30,209 bases of DNA from Deltaproteobacteria bacterium (GTDB taxonomy: Bacteria > Desulfobacterota > DAOWNY01), in NCBI GenBank assembly GCA_030642325.1, contig DAOWNY010000001.1:1-30209 (forward strand), read 5' to 3'. Below the pieces are notes generated by a model. The model saw only the letters and a program-made list of their open reading frames with translations. It made no database searches and was not told where the DNA came from. Both the position numbers and the translations under genes were made by a program. This document shows positions 8,140 through 17,950 of this stretch, one piece after another (the first letter of the stretch is position 1; each line of letters starts with the position of its first letter).

Positions 8140-9216
8140 TTATGAAAAAATATCAGGTGGTTTTTTCAAAAACGGTTCAATTTTACCTTTATCGATACAT
8201 TTTTCATAAGCTTCTTCAGAAGATACTTGTTTTTTATGCAGCAAATCCACGATTGAATCGTCCAGGCTCATCATCCCCATCCTCTTTCCGGTTTGAATAA
8301 CGGATGGCAGTTGATATGTCTTGGCTTCCCGGATAAGGTTGGATACTGCCGCAGTGACGATCAGGACCTCCAGGGCGGCGACTCTCCCCTTCTTCTCGGC
8401 CCTTTTTAATAAAGTTTGGGCTACTACCGCCTTCAAGGATTCGGACAGAGTAACCCGTATTTGATCCTGCTGGTCTGCCGGAAAAACATCGATCACCCTG
8501 TCCACAGTTTTGGTTGCACTTTGAGTATGGAGTGTTCCGAAGACAAGATGGCCGGTTGATGAAGCTTCTAGGGCAAGGGAGATGGTCTCTAAATCCCTCA
8601 TCTCTCCCACCAGAATAATATCCGGATCTTCCCGGAGGGCGGCTCTAAGAGCGCTGGAAAATGACTTGGTATGCACTCCCACTTCCCGATGGTTTATTAT
8701 GCATCCCCTGCTTTTATAGACAAATTCAATGGGATCTTCAATTGTTATTATGTGGTCCTTCCTGTTTTTGTTGGCATAATCAATGATGGCTGCAAGGGTG
8801 GTTGATTTACCACTTCCGGTCGGTCCGGTTACCAGCACCAAACCCTTCTGGAGCAAGGCAAACCGATTAATTACCGAAGGAAGCCCCAACTGCTCCACCG
8901 TCAATATTTCACTGGGGATCTCACGAAATACTGCTCCGATACCATATTTCTGTTCGAAAAAGTTGGCACGGTACCTGGCTAATCCAGGAATTTCATAGGC
9001 ATAGTCCAAGTCTCCCGTTTCTTCAAAAACCTTGATTTTAGTTTCCGGGGTAATCTCATAGAGCATCTCTTTCAATTCATCATTTTCCAGGACTTTATAT
9101 TTTATCCTTTCCATGTCGCCCTGGATTCTGAGGATAGGCTGGGAACCGGAGACCAAATGAAGATCGGAAGCTCCCTGTTCATGCATAAGCTTAAAAAAGG
9201 CATCTATTTTAGCCAT
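8140..9216 (-). CDS. pilT: Type IV pilus twitching motility ATPase PilT
   Basis: GASDLHL, GPTGSGKSTTLAA, HIITIEDPIEF, ALREDPDIILVGEMRDLET, GHLVFGTLHT, AVSNLIRE (AIRNLIRE-like motif). Confidence 0.93.
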   Translation of the reverse strand: MAKIDAFFKLMHEQGASDLHLVSGSQPILRIQGDMERIKYKVLENDELKEMLYEITPETKIKVFEETGDLDYAYEIPGLARYRANFFEQKYGIGAVFREIPSEILTVEQLGLPSVINRFALLQKGLVLVTGPTGSGKSTTLAAIIDYANKNRKDHIITIEDPIEFVYKSRGCIINHREVGVHTKSFSSALRAALREDPDIILVGEMRDLETISLALEASSTGHLVFGTLHTQSATKTVDRVIDVFPADQQDQIRVTLSESLKAVVAQTLLKRAEKKGRVAALEVLIVTAAVSNLIREAKTYQLPSVIQTGKRMGMMSLDDSIVDLLHKKQVSSEEAYEKCIDKGKIEPFLKKPPDIFS

Positions 9217-9431
9217 GTTATTCTCCGTTATTTGCTTATTTGCTTATTTGATTATGTTTTTTCCGGCACACCTATTTTCCAAACTGTTACGGGTTCGGAA
9301 TAAAGGCTAAACATTTCCGTCTATTTTCCCCCTTAAAATAAAGGTGGTAAAGGGATGAAACGGTAAAGAAAATAGACTAAATTTCCTTTTTACCATATGA
9401 TGACTTAAAATAAAGACTACCTGAAATGCAC

Positions 9432-9446
9432 GCAAAAAATATGCCA
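9432..9446 (-). promoter_or_regulatory. Putative sigma-54 (-24/-12) promoter for the pilT cluster
   Basis: Minus strand reads TGGCATATTTTTTGC, with GG and GC at the exact consensus spacing of TGGCACG-N4-TTGC. It lies about 215 nt upstream of the pilT start. Confidence 0.6.
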
Positions 9447-9664
9447 AATCAGAGAACATCACACCATTTTATGGTATGCCTCCTTGTAATTTAAACCGAA
9501 AATTTGGGGACGAACCGAATACGGCCGGGAGAGCTGAAAAGATATTTGAAATAAAAAATTGGATTTAAATTGTACGCCGGTCAAGGCAAGGTGAATAAAT
9601 ATTGGGGGAGATGTCAAAAAAAAATAATCCGACTGTCAATTAAATTTCAGGGGTATTGAAAACC

Positions 9665-11098
9665 TCAATTCCTTTCCCTTCTTTTGGATGAAGGGGGAAT
9701 TTTAAGCATTTCACGATATTTGGACACTGTCCTGCGGGCAATGTCAATATCTTTTTTTTGCAGCAAATCGCTGATATGTTGATCACTATACGGTTTTTTA
9801 TGGTCCTCGTTTGCAATTAATTGTCGGAGTGCTTCTTTGACGCTTTCAGAAGCAATTGCCTCTTGACCGATACGATCAAAACCGCCGTTAAAGAAGTATT
9901 TTAACTCGAAAATTCCCTGGGGTGTATGAACGTATTTATTGGTGGTTACCCGGCTGACGGTAGATTCATGCATACCTATATCCTCAGCAACGTCCTTAAG
10001 AATTAAAGGCTTCAAGTGTACAATGCCCTTGTCTAAAAATTCAGTTTGAAATTTCACAATACTTTTGGTAGCCAGGTAAATTGTCCGTTGCCTTTGATGG
10101 ATACTCCTAATCATCCAAAGTGCGGATCGGACTTTTTCCCGAATATAATTTTTTGCCGCGCTTTCAGTGGTTTTTTGTTGCAGGGAATCTAAATAATAGG
10201 AATTAATTTTCAGTTTGGGCATATCTTCTTCATTGAGGGACACCACATAATCGTCTCCAAATTTATACACGAAGATATCCGGCCTGATGTATTGAACTTC
10301 TTCTTCACTATAGGAAATACCAGGCTTTGGATCCATTTGTCCTATTAATTTTATCGAATCAGTCACTTCCTCTAACGATATCCCCAAACTCTTGGCAATT
10401 GCTTGATAATCATGGCTAACCAGTAAGGGGAAATGATTTTCCAAAATTTTTTCTAATGTCGAGCTCTCGAGTTTAAAAAACTTGACCTGGATAAGAAGGC
10501 ATTCCTGAACATCCCTGGCGGCAATCCCTACTGGATCAAATTCTTGAATCTTTTTCAGTACTTTTTCAACTTTCTCTATGCTTGTCTTGTTTTCTGTGAC
10601 GATTTCGTCAAAGGGGATATTCAGGTAGCCGTCTTTGTTTAAGTTGCCGATAATGTAAAGGCCGATATGGCTTTCTTCTTCAGTGAAATCAGATAAACGG
10701 AGTTGCCATGACAAGTGGTCCGTCAACGTTATTTTTTTAGTGAGAACATTTTCATAGGGAAACCCACCTTCATTTTCCCGGGAAGAAGCCGTGTACGAGT
10801 TGCTGCCTACGCTACCTTGACTCTGACCTTCCCATTCTACCTGGTAAATCTTTTTTTCATTGTTTTTAGCTAATTCGGCAGCATTTTCTTTCCGAGCCTG
10901 ATCGGCTTGCAAATTTTTTTCTTCCAGGTAAGATCCGCCTAAATCTTCTTCCAACACAGGGTTTGTTGAAATTTCCTGCTCAATCAAATCCACCAACTCT
11001 GTTCTTTGAAGCTGGAGTAATTTTATTGCCTGTTGAAGCTGGGGCGTCATCACCAGCTGTTGAGTCAAACGAAGGGTCTGTTTAAGTTCCAATGCCAT
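9665..11098 (-). CDS. rpoN: RNA polymerase sigma-54 factor
   Basis: QQLVMTPQLQQAIKLLQL region I, HESTVSRVTTNKY HTH and RpoN box ARRTVSKYRE. Confidence 0.98.
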   Translation of the reverse strand: MALELKQTLRLTQQLVMTPQLQQAIKLLQLQRTELVDLIEQEISTNPVLEEDLGGSYLEEKNLQADQARKENAAELAKNNEKKIYQVEWEGQSQGSVGSNSYTASSRENEGGFPYENVLTKKITLTDHLSWQLRLSDFTEEESHIGLYIIGNLNKDGYLNIPFDEIVTENKTSIEKVEKVLKKIQEFDPVGIAARDVQECLLIQVKFFKLESSTLEKILENHFPLLVSHDYQAIAKSLGISLEEVTDSIKLIGQMDPKPGISYSEEEVQYIRPDIFVYKFGDDYVVSLNEEDMPKLKINSYYLDSLQQKTTESAAKNYIREKVRSALWMIRSIHQRQRTIYLATKSIVKFQTEFLDKGIVHLKPLILKDVAEDIGMHESTVSRVTTNKYVHTPQGIFELKYFFNGGFDRIGQEAIASESVKEALRQLIANEDHKKPYSDQHISDLLQKKDIDIARRTVSKYREMLKIPPSSKRRERN

Positions 11099-11124
11099 TT
11101 ACTCTTATATCCTTTTCCGGCAAG

Positions 11125-11847
11125 CTATAGTCTGAATTCTTTTCCAAGGTAAACATTTTTGACTGTTTGGTTGTTAGCAATCCGGTCGGGACTCCCCTCC
11201 TCTAAAATTTTTCCCTTGTTTAATATGTAAGCCTTATCGCATACACCCAAGGTCTCCCGAACATTATGATCAGAAATTATTACCCCAATCCCTCTTGTCT
11301 TCAATTGATGGATAATATTTTGAATATCTATTACTGCAATGGGATCAATTCCCGCAAAGGGTTCATCAAGAAGAATGAAATGGGGAGAAGTAACCAAAGC
11401 CCGGGTAATTTCCAACCGACGTCTCTCCCCACCCGAGAGAGAATATGCTTTGTTTTTGGCAAGATGGGATATATCCAACTCCTTTAAAAAACTTTGGAGT
11501 TTTTCTTTTCTTTCTTTTGGGGTAAGCTGCATAGTTTCGAGGATGGCCATAATATTTTCTTCCACCGAAAGCCTTCGAAATACTGACGATTCTTGGGGGA
11601 GGTAGCCGATTCCCAGTCTCGCACGAAGATACATCGGGTATTCGGTAATATCTTTTTCATCCAAATATACTTTGCCCGTTGTAGGTTGGATTAGCCCGAT
11701 CATCATATAAAAGGTAGTAGTTTTGCCCGCACCATTTGGCCCCAGCAGACCAACTACCGAGCCACGTTCTATTGTCAGGCTTACCCCGTCCACAGCTTTT
11801 TTAATTCCAAATGTTTTGGTCAGCCCTTCCGTTGATAGCGTATGCAT
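11125..11847 (-). CDS. lptB: LPS export ABC transporter ATP-binding protein
   Basis: [43 protein letters not shown]; immediately upstream of rpoN. Confidence 0.96.
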   Translation of the reverse strand: MHTLSTEGLTKTFGIKKAVDGVSLTIERGSVVGLLGPNGAGKTTTFYMMIGLIQPTTGKVYLDEKDITEYPMYLRARLGIGYLPQESSVFRRLSVEENIMAILETMQLTPKERKEKLQSFLKELDISHLAKNKAYSLSGGERRRLEITRALVTSPHFILLDEPFAGIDPIAVIDIQNIIHQLKTRGIGVIISDHNVRETLGVCDKAYILNKGKILEEGSPDRIANNQTVKNVYLGKEFRL

Positions 11848-11853
11848 TTTTAG

Positions 11854-12390
11854 TTAGTTTTCCTTTGGATAAATTATCGCATTAACCCTTTTTCCTTTTC
11901 CTCCTTCCACAATGCTTCGATTTTCATCTATGAAAAGAGTTATTGTCTCGCCGCTAACGACATCTTTTCCCTGCCGGATTTTCGGTTTTTTTGTTAAGAC
12001 TACTTTCCTTTCCAGGTTGTAATACACCGCTTCCCCGGAAGTTGCTATCCTGTTCTCGTTTTTCTGTATTATTTTAACATTGCCTTGGGCAACAACCTTT
12101 TCAATCTCTCCCTCCTTTGCGAGATAACTGAGCAAAAGAACATCCGAGTGGATAATCATTTCCCCCTGTCTGGCAGTCACATTACCCTTGAAGGTTATTA
12201 ACCTGTTATTTCTATCGGATTCAAGTCGATCGGAATCAATGGTTATCGGTTGATCACTTAATTTACCTTCAAAGTCCGGCGACGCGGCAACAGATGCAAG
12301 GAAGAAAGATCCGGTATTTAGCAGAATCAAGATAGAAAGAAATATTCCCTTAAAAGACCTCTGGATAAATTGATTGAGTCTGTAAATCAT
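11854..12390 (-). CDS. lptA: LPS transport periplasmic protein LptA (OstA-like)
   Basis: PITIDSDRLE...FKGNVTARQG OstA-type repeats, hydrophobic N-terminus, position before lptB. Confidence 0.88.
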   Translation of the reverse strand: MIYRLNQFIQRSFKGIFLSILILLNTGSFFLASVAASPDFEGKLSDQPITIDSDRLESDRNNRLITFKGNVTARQGEMIIHSDVLLLSYLAKEGEIEKVVAQGNVKIIQKNENRIATSGEAVYYNLERKVVLTKKPKIRQGKDVVSGETITLFIDENRSIVEGGKGKRVNAIIYPKEN

Positions 12391-12559
12391 TTGCAGACTG
12401 GTGCTCCAAAATTCACTAAATTTTATACCCCGCCCGGAGGCTCCGGCCGCTGCGGGAGTTATATCAGAAAAAACTTCGCTTTCTGTGAGGCGGCCTTACT
12501 CCCAAAATAACCACATTTTTAAAACCCCTTCCAGCGGTTTCGCTAAAATAAACACCATG

Positions 12560-13123
12560 CTAGAAAAGTTTCATATCCAGGAAAGATGATTTTACGTTTT
12601 TCAGGATAGCCAATTTTTCTTTTAATAGATCCATTGTTAATCCGTCCCCTTCAACTCTCATTTTTTCACCGGTTATTTCCACATGATCGGAGGTAATAAT
12701 TTTTTTTTGATCAGCAAGATAGTTTAAAGAATTTGTCCGGAGAATATACCCCCTCGAAGAGGTAGCAACAACATTACCAGTGATTTTTATATCTTTGTTA
12801 TCATTTGATATTGTTCCTCGCTCTCCTGTAAGGGTGATCGTTCCCCCCCCTTGATCATAAAACGTCGCCTTTACCTTTATGAGTTCAGTATAACTCTTTT
12901 TTTTAAAATATTGGGCGGAATCGGCTATAAGCTCCCATGCTTTTTTTTCTGCGTTGGTTTGAGTATAATGAATTTTATCTATGCTAAGGTCGGCAGAGGA
13001 GGGAGTCGGAATGCCGGATAAGGAATCGGTTTTGCCTTGATTGCGATTTACGGCAAAAGTCACCACTGAAACCGTAATCATTGCTATTATTGAAAATATT
13101 AAAAATTGTTTAATCCTTTTCAC
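12560..13123 (-). CDS. lptC: LPS export ABC transporter periplasmic protein LptC
   Basis: N-terminal TM anchor, WELIADSAQY, ITGNVV, LRTNSLNY, ITSDHVEITG; position kdsC-lptC-lptA. Confidence 0.85.
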   Translation of the reverse strand: MKRIKQFLIFSIIAMITVSVVTFAVNRNQGKTDSLSGIPTPSSADLSIDKIHYTQTNAEKKAWELIADSAQYFKKKSYTELIKVKATFYDQGGGTITLTGERGTISNDNKDIKITGNVVATSSRGYILRTNSLNYLADQKKIITSDHVEITGEKMRVEGDGLTMDLLKEKLAILKNVKSSFLDMKLF

Positions 13124-13174
13124 TGAAAGGTCAACCTCGCAAGATGCTATAGATTATTAAAGGATCACTCTTTT

Positions 13175-13696
13175 TTATCGGGAAAAGTATCGCCTGGTGA
13201 CCTCCTCCCAGCGATTCTGGGCCTTAAGTATCAGTTCACAAACCTCTCGAACCGCCCCTTCTCCTCCTTTTTTTTGGGTGACGTAGTCAGCTGCCTCCCT
13301 TACTTCGTCTACCCCGTCAGCTACTGCGACTGAAAATCCTGCCCTTCTTAGGGGGGGAAGATCCACGAGGTCATCCCCAACGTAGCAAACCTCCTGGTCG
13401 GTTAACCCTTTCTCGAGGAGAATTTTATCATATATTTTTATTTTATCGAGAATCCTCTGGTAAACCATGGTGATCCCCAGATCTTTTGCCCGATGAAGCA
13501 GTGCCTCCGATTTTCTACCGGTAATTAATGCCACATCAATATTGCATCTCATCAGAAGTTTCAGGCCGTGTCCGTCCTTAATGTCAAAGGACTTGGCTTC
13601 CCCGCCCTGGTCGTTGTAAATAACTTTTCCGTCTGTCAAGACACCATCAACGTCTAAAAGGAGCATTTTAATTTTTTTGGCTGCTTTCAATACCAT
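13175..13696 (-). CDS. kdsC: 3-deoxy-D-manno-octulosonate 8-phosphate phosphatase (HAD)
   Basis: LLDVDGVLTDG, FDIKDGHG, YVGDDLVD, GGEGAVREVCE. Confidence 0.94.
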   Translation of the reverse strand: MVLKAAKKIKMLLLDVDGVLTDGKVIYNDQGGEAKSFDIKDGHGLKLLMRCNIDVALITGRKSEALLHRAKDLGITMVYQRILDKIKIYDKILLEKGLTDQEVCYVGDDLVDLPPLRRAGFSVAVADGVDEVREAADYVTQKKGGEGAVREVCELILKAQNRWEEVTRRYFSR

Positions 13697-13701
13697 TTTT
13701 T

Positions 13702-14523
13702 TTAATTTTTTGCAATTTTATCGATTTTGACCAGTTGTTCCATCAATTTTGGAACCATGTCCAGATTGATGGAGTTCGGCCCATCACACAAAGCTTTTTC
13801 CGGATCTTTGTGCACTTCTAAAAAAATTCCATCAATCCCCGTTCCCACCGCCGCCCGGGCTAAAACAGGGACAAATTTCCTTTCTCCACCGGATGATTGT
13901 CCTTTTCCTCCGGGTAATTGAACGCTGTGGGTTGCATCGAAAACCACGGGAAAACCGAAACTCCTCATGATGGGAAGGGACCTCATGTCAGCCACAAGAT
14001 TATTGTATCCAAAGGATGTCCCCCTTTCGGTGATAATAATATTATCATTTCCCACTGATTGCAGCTTTTCTATCACATGCTTCATGTCCCACGGAGCAAG
14101 GAACTGCCCTTTTTTTACGTTGATTATCTTCATTGTCCGGGCAACCGAAATAATAAAATCGGTCTGGCGGCAAAGGAAGGCAGGAACCTGTATAACATCC
14201 AATACTTCAGCTGCTTCATCGATTTCCTCAAACCGGTGGACGTCTGAAAGAACCGGAATTCCCAGACCATCCTTAATTTCTCTCAAAATTTTTAGCCCTT
14301 CAGTCAACCCCGGACCACGAAAAGATCCCACTGAAGTACGGTTAGCCTTATCGTAGGATGATTTAAAAATAAATGGTATATTCAATTCAGCCGTTATTTT
14401 TTTGAGAATACCTGCGATACGGATAGTTTCCCGGGGATCCTCAATTACACAGGGACCGGCAATGAGAAACAAAGGTCTATTGCCGCCTATTTCCATGGAA
14501 TCAAAGGTTATTTTTTTTATCAA
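13702..14523 (-). CDS. kdsA: 3-deoxy-8-phosphooctulonate (KDO8P) synthase
   Basis: IAGPCVIE, KSSYDKANRTS, QVPAFLCRQT, KKGQF, ERGTSFGY, DATHSVQLPGG. Confidence 0.97.
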   Translation of the reverse strand: MIKKITFDSMEIGGNRPLFLIAGPCVIEDPRETIRIAGILKKITAELNIPFIFKSSYDKANRTSVGSFRGPGLTEGLKILREIKDGLGIPVLSDVHRFEEIDEAAEVLDVIQVPAFLCRQTDFIISVARTMKIINVKKGQFLAPWDMKHVIEKLQSVGNDNIIITERGTSFGYNNLVADMRSLPIMRSFGFPVVFDATHSVQLPGGKGQSSGGERKFVPVLARAAVGTGIDGIFLEVHKDPEKALCDGPNSINLDMVPKLMEQLVKIDKIAKN

Positions 14524-16128
14524 CTAATTACCTCTGTTTTCAAGTGATGCCCTGATAAACTCTCGAAACATGGGATGAGGGGTTATGGGTCGCGACTTGA
14601 ATTCGGGATGAAACTGGCAGCCGAAAAACCATGGATGATCTTTGACCTCAATGATTTCCACCAATTCTCCATCGGGCGACATACCGCTTAATATTAAACC
14701 ATGGCCGGCAAGGATATCTTTATAGGCGTTATTAAATTCAAACCGGTGCCGGTGTCGTTCGGAAATATTTTGTTTTCCATAAATTGCGGCTGCTTTTGAG
14801 CCCTTTTTTAAAACGCAGGGATATGCCCCCAGCCTCATGGTCCCACCCTTATCGGCAATTCCCTTTTGCCCCGGAAGCAAATTAATCACAGGGTAAGGGG
14901 TGTCGGCAGCAAATTCGCTGCTGTTTGCATCCTTTAATCCGCAGACATTCTTAGCAAATTCCACCACTGCCAATTGCATTCCCAGGCAGATCCCCAAAAA
15001 AGGGATCTTTTTTTCCCTTGCATAACAAATTGCCTCTATTTTTCCCGCGATTCCCCGCTCTCCAAAACCACCGGGAACCAGAATTCCGTCAATTGCGGAC
15101 AAGAAGGAATCGGCTCCCTTGTCCTCTATCTTTTCGGAATCGACGTAAACCAGCTCTACATTGCTGCAATTAGAAATTCCACCGTGGATCAACGCTTCAT
15201 TTAAACTTTTGTAAGCATCGGTAAGACTAACATATTTTCCCACTATTGCGATTGTCACTTTATGTTTTAATGCCTTTATTTTTTGATTCAACTCCTCCCA
15301 CTTTTCCAAGCGGGGTGCCCTGGTCCAGATATTCAGCAATTCAACAATCTTGTCATCCAGGCCTTCCTGATGGAAAACAACGGGAACTTCGTAAACACTC
15401 TCCACATCCCGGGCGGTTATGACCGCATCTTTATCAACATTGCAAAAGAGAGCGATCTTCAGTTTTACCTCGGGCGGAAGAATGCGGTCGGTACGGCAAA
15501 GCAGTATATCGGGTTGGATACCGATTTCCTGCAGGGATTTTACGCTATGCTGGGTCGGCTTTGTTTTAACCTCCCCGGCGGTAGGAAGAAAGGGAACCAG
15601 GGTAAGGTGAATATAAAGAACGTTCTCTTTTCCAATATCGAATTTAAACTGTCGAATTGCCTCCAGAAATGGTAAGCTTTCAATATCACCAACCGTTCCC
15701 CCGATTTCAATTATTGCTATATCAACTCCCTTAGTTATTGCTAATATATGCCTTTTTATCTCATCGGTGATATGGGGGATTACCTGAACAGTTTTTCCCA
15801 GGTATTCACCCTGCCTTTCTTTGGAAATAACTGAATCATAAATTTGTCCGGTTGTAAAATTATTTTTTTTTCCAAGCACTGAATTGGTAAATCTTTCGTA
15901 GTGACCCAGATCCAGATCCGTTTCCGCACCGTCATCGGTCACAAAAACTTCACCATGCTGAAAAGGATTCATGGTGCCGGGGTCTACGTTGATGTAAGGG
16001 TCCAGTTTTTGGAGAGAAATTTTTAATCCTCTACTTTCCATTAATGCCCCGATGGAAGCGGAAGACAGGCCCTTTCCCAGGGAAGAAAGAACCCCGCCGG
16101 TTACGAAAATAATTTTTGCTTTCACCAC
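14524..16128 (-). CDS. pyrG: CTP synthase
   Basis: [57 protein letters not shown] start. Confidence 0.98.
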   Translation of the reverse strand: MVKAKIIFVTGGVLSSLGKGLSSASIGALMESRGLKISLQKLDPYINVDPGTMNPFQHGEVFVTDDGAETDLDLGHYERFTNSVLGKKNNFTTGQIYDSVISKERQGEYLGKTVQVIPHITDEIKRHILAITKGVDIAIIEIGGTVGDIESLPFLEAIRQFKFDIGKENVLYIHLTLVPFLPTAGEVKTKPTQHSVKSLQEIGIQPDILLCRTDRILPPEVKLKIALFCNVDKDAVITARDVESVYEVPVVFHQEGLDDKIVELLNIWTRAPRLEKWEELNQKIKALKHKVTIAIVGKYVSLTDAYKSLNEALIHGGISNCSNVELVYVDSEKIEDKGADSFLSAIDGILVPGGFGERGIAGKIEAICYAREKKIPFLGICLGMQLAVVEFAKNVCGLKDANSSEFAADTPYPVINLLPGQKGIADKGGTMRLGAYPCVLKKGSKAAAIYGKQNISERHRHRFEFNNAYKDILAGHGLILSGMSPDGELVEIIEVKDHPWFFGCQFHPEFKSRPITPHPMFREFIRASLENRGN

Positions 16129-16150
16129 AATTTCTCCCTTACTAGCAAAA

Positions 16151-16180
16151 TTTATACCACTTTATTAAGCGCCAAGTCAA
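16151..16180 (-). promoter_or_regulatory. Putative sigma-70 promoter of the pyrG-kds-lpt-rpoN operon
   Basis: Minus strand TTGACT-18 nt-TATAAA with an extended -10 TG. RBS-like AAGGGAG lies just upstream of the start codon. Confidence 0.55.
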
Positions 16181-16462
16181 GAATATAAAAATAATACCTC
16201 AAATTTTAACCCAAGGTCAATGTGGTCAAGCCTGCGCATGGATCTTAATTAAAGCGGTCAACAGTCAAACGTGGACTTGATCCATCCTTTTTTATCTTGG
16301 AACTTTAAACCTTAGGACAGTTGCCAAAGATTTTTTTTTCCAGTATAAAAGAAGAAACGATGTTTTGGTTCCGGTATGTCCGGGTTATCTTGTTTTGGGA
16401 AAATATTTCGAGATCATTTAATGAAACCGGTCGCTGCAAACAGTTGCCGCAATTTTTCGACC

Positions 16463-16719
16463 TTGTGCGGTTAGGTATTAGCTATTTAAGTGTTAGCTTT
16501 TGCATGAAACCATTCAACGGCCGGTTGATCTCATTACATTTGCCGATCTAATTCCAACCTTAAGTTGAGCGATCAGCTGTCAGCACACAAACGTTTAGCT
16601 TTTGAAAAACCGAGGTATTACGACAGCTTGAAAAACACTCAATAGGTTAAAATTTGTAATAGCAAAAGATCCTGTGATTATTTTGTCTAATAGCTGACTG
16701 CTAAAGGCTAACCGCACAA
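16463..16719 (-). repeat. Intergenic repeat family A, copy 3 (inverted orientation)
   Basis: Reverse complement is collinear with copies 1 and 2. Perfect 12-bp terminal inverted repeat ttgtgcggttag / ctaaccgcacaa. Remnant NEINRPLNGFMQKLTLK* at 16535-16482. Confidence 0.9.
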
Positions 16720-16774
16720 CTTGCAATTTTTGTTATGCAGTGTTACTTAAGCCGATTTAAAAAAAATATTAAAG

Positions 16775-17947
16775 ATGAAAAAGATAATTAACAGATATCT
16801 GCTGGAAGAGCTGATAGTTCCCTTTTTACTGAGCTTGATGATACTCACTTTTCTCCTGTTTATGGGAAAAATTTTGAAGTTGGTAGAAATAGTTGTCAAT
16901 CAGGGGGTAAGCCTTTTGGACATTTTAAAACTCATCGGATATATCCTTCCCTCATCCCTCATCTTTACCATTCCCATGGCAGTTCTTTTTTCCGTTCTCC
17001 TCGCCTTGGGAAGACTTTCCGCGGATCGGGAATTAATCGCCCTTAAAACATCGGGGGTAAGCCTTTTGCAGATGATCCCATCCATATTTATCCTCTCGTT
17101 TTCAGCGTATCTTACCGCCATTTGCCTGAGTCTTTTTATTCTTCCCTGGGGCAACCAATCCCTAAAAAATCACCTCTTTAACCTGGCGCAGAAAAAGGCT
17201 AATATCGGAATAAAAGAGAGGGTATTCAATGATGACTTTAAAGGTGTGGTGCTTTATGTGGACAAGATATCCTATCCAGGGAGAAAGATGGAAGGGGTTA
17301 TGGTTTCGGATAGCAGAGAGACGGAAACTCCGTCAACCATCATTGCGAAGGAAGGCATCATTTTTTCTAACCCCAATTCATTGACCATCACCCTCCGGTT
17401 AATTGACGGGATTATTTGCCGGGTAGATAAAAATTTTCAAAGTTTTCAGGATATGGATTTTGGGATCTACGACTTAAACCTTTTTTTAAAAACCAAGCTT
17501 AAAAAACCCAAAAGGAATCGTGAGATGGGAGTGGGTGAACTACTAAATAAGATCAAAAGATTAAAGGAGGCAGAACTTGACTGCACCTCTTCTCTAATAG
17601 CTTTTCATAAAAAACTCTCCATTCCCTTTGCCTGCCTGGTTTTTGGTTTGATAGGGATTCCCCTTGGGGTTCAGACGGGCACTTCCGAGAGATTCAGGGG
17701 TTTTATTTTGGGACTGGGGGCAGTTTTCTTTTACTATATTTGTTTAGTCACCGGAGAGACCCTCTGCAAAAGCAAAGGGGTTCCTCCATTAATCGGCATG
17801 TGGCTTCCCAATTTAATTTTTTTGATTGGGGGAGCTTATATGCTGGGTATGGCAAATCAGGAAAAACCGGTTAAGGCGCTGGTTTTATTAAATCATGGAA
17901 TAACCGAACTGGGAAAATATTTTCGAAAAATTTTTGACAGGAACTGA
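16775..17947 (+). CDS. lptF: LPS export ABC transporter permease LptF
   Basis: INRYLLEEL start, LGRLSADRELIALKTSGVS, HKKLSIPFACLVFGLIGIPLG (YjgP/Q family); first of the pair. Confidence 0.88.
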   Translation: MKKIINRYLLEELIVPFLLSLMILTFLLFMGKILKLVEIVVNQGVSLLDILKLIGYILPSSLIFTIPMAVLFSVLLALGRLSADRELIALKTSGVSLLQMIPSIFILSFSAYLTAICLSLFILPWGNQSLKNHLFNLAQKKANIGIKERVFNDDFKGVVLYVDKISYPGRKMEGVMVSDSRETETPSTIIAKEGIIFSNPNSLTITLRLIDGIICRVDKNFQSFQDMDFGIYDLNLFLKTKLKKPKRNREMGVGELLNKIKRLKEAELDCTSSLIAFHKKLSIPFACLVFGLIGIPLGVQTGTSERFRGFILGLGAVFFYYICLVTGETLCKSKGVPPLIGMWLPNLIFLIGGAYMLGMANQEKPVKALVLLNHGITELGKYFRKIFDRN

Positions 17948-17950
17948 AAA

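Noticed and set aside
16321-16551. 76-aa ORF in the pyrG-lptF spacer
   Set aside because: TTG start, runs through repeat A3 antisense to the four-helix remnant, no protein features.
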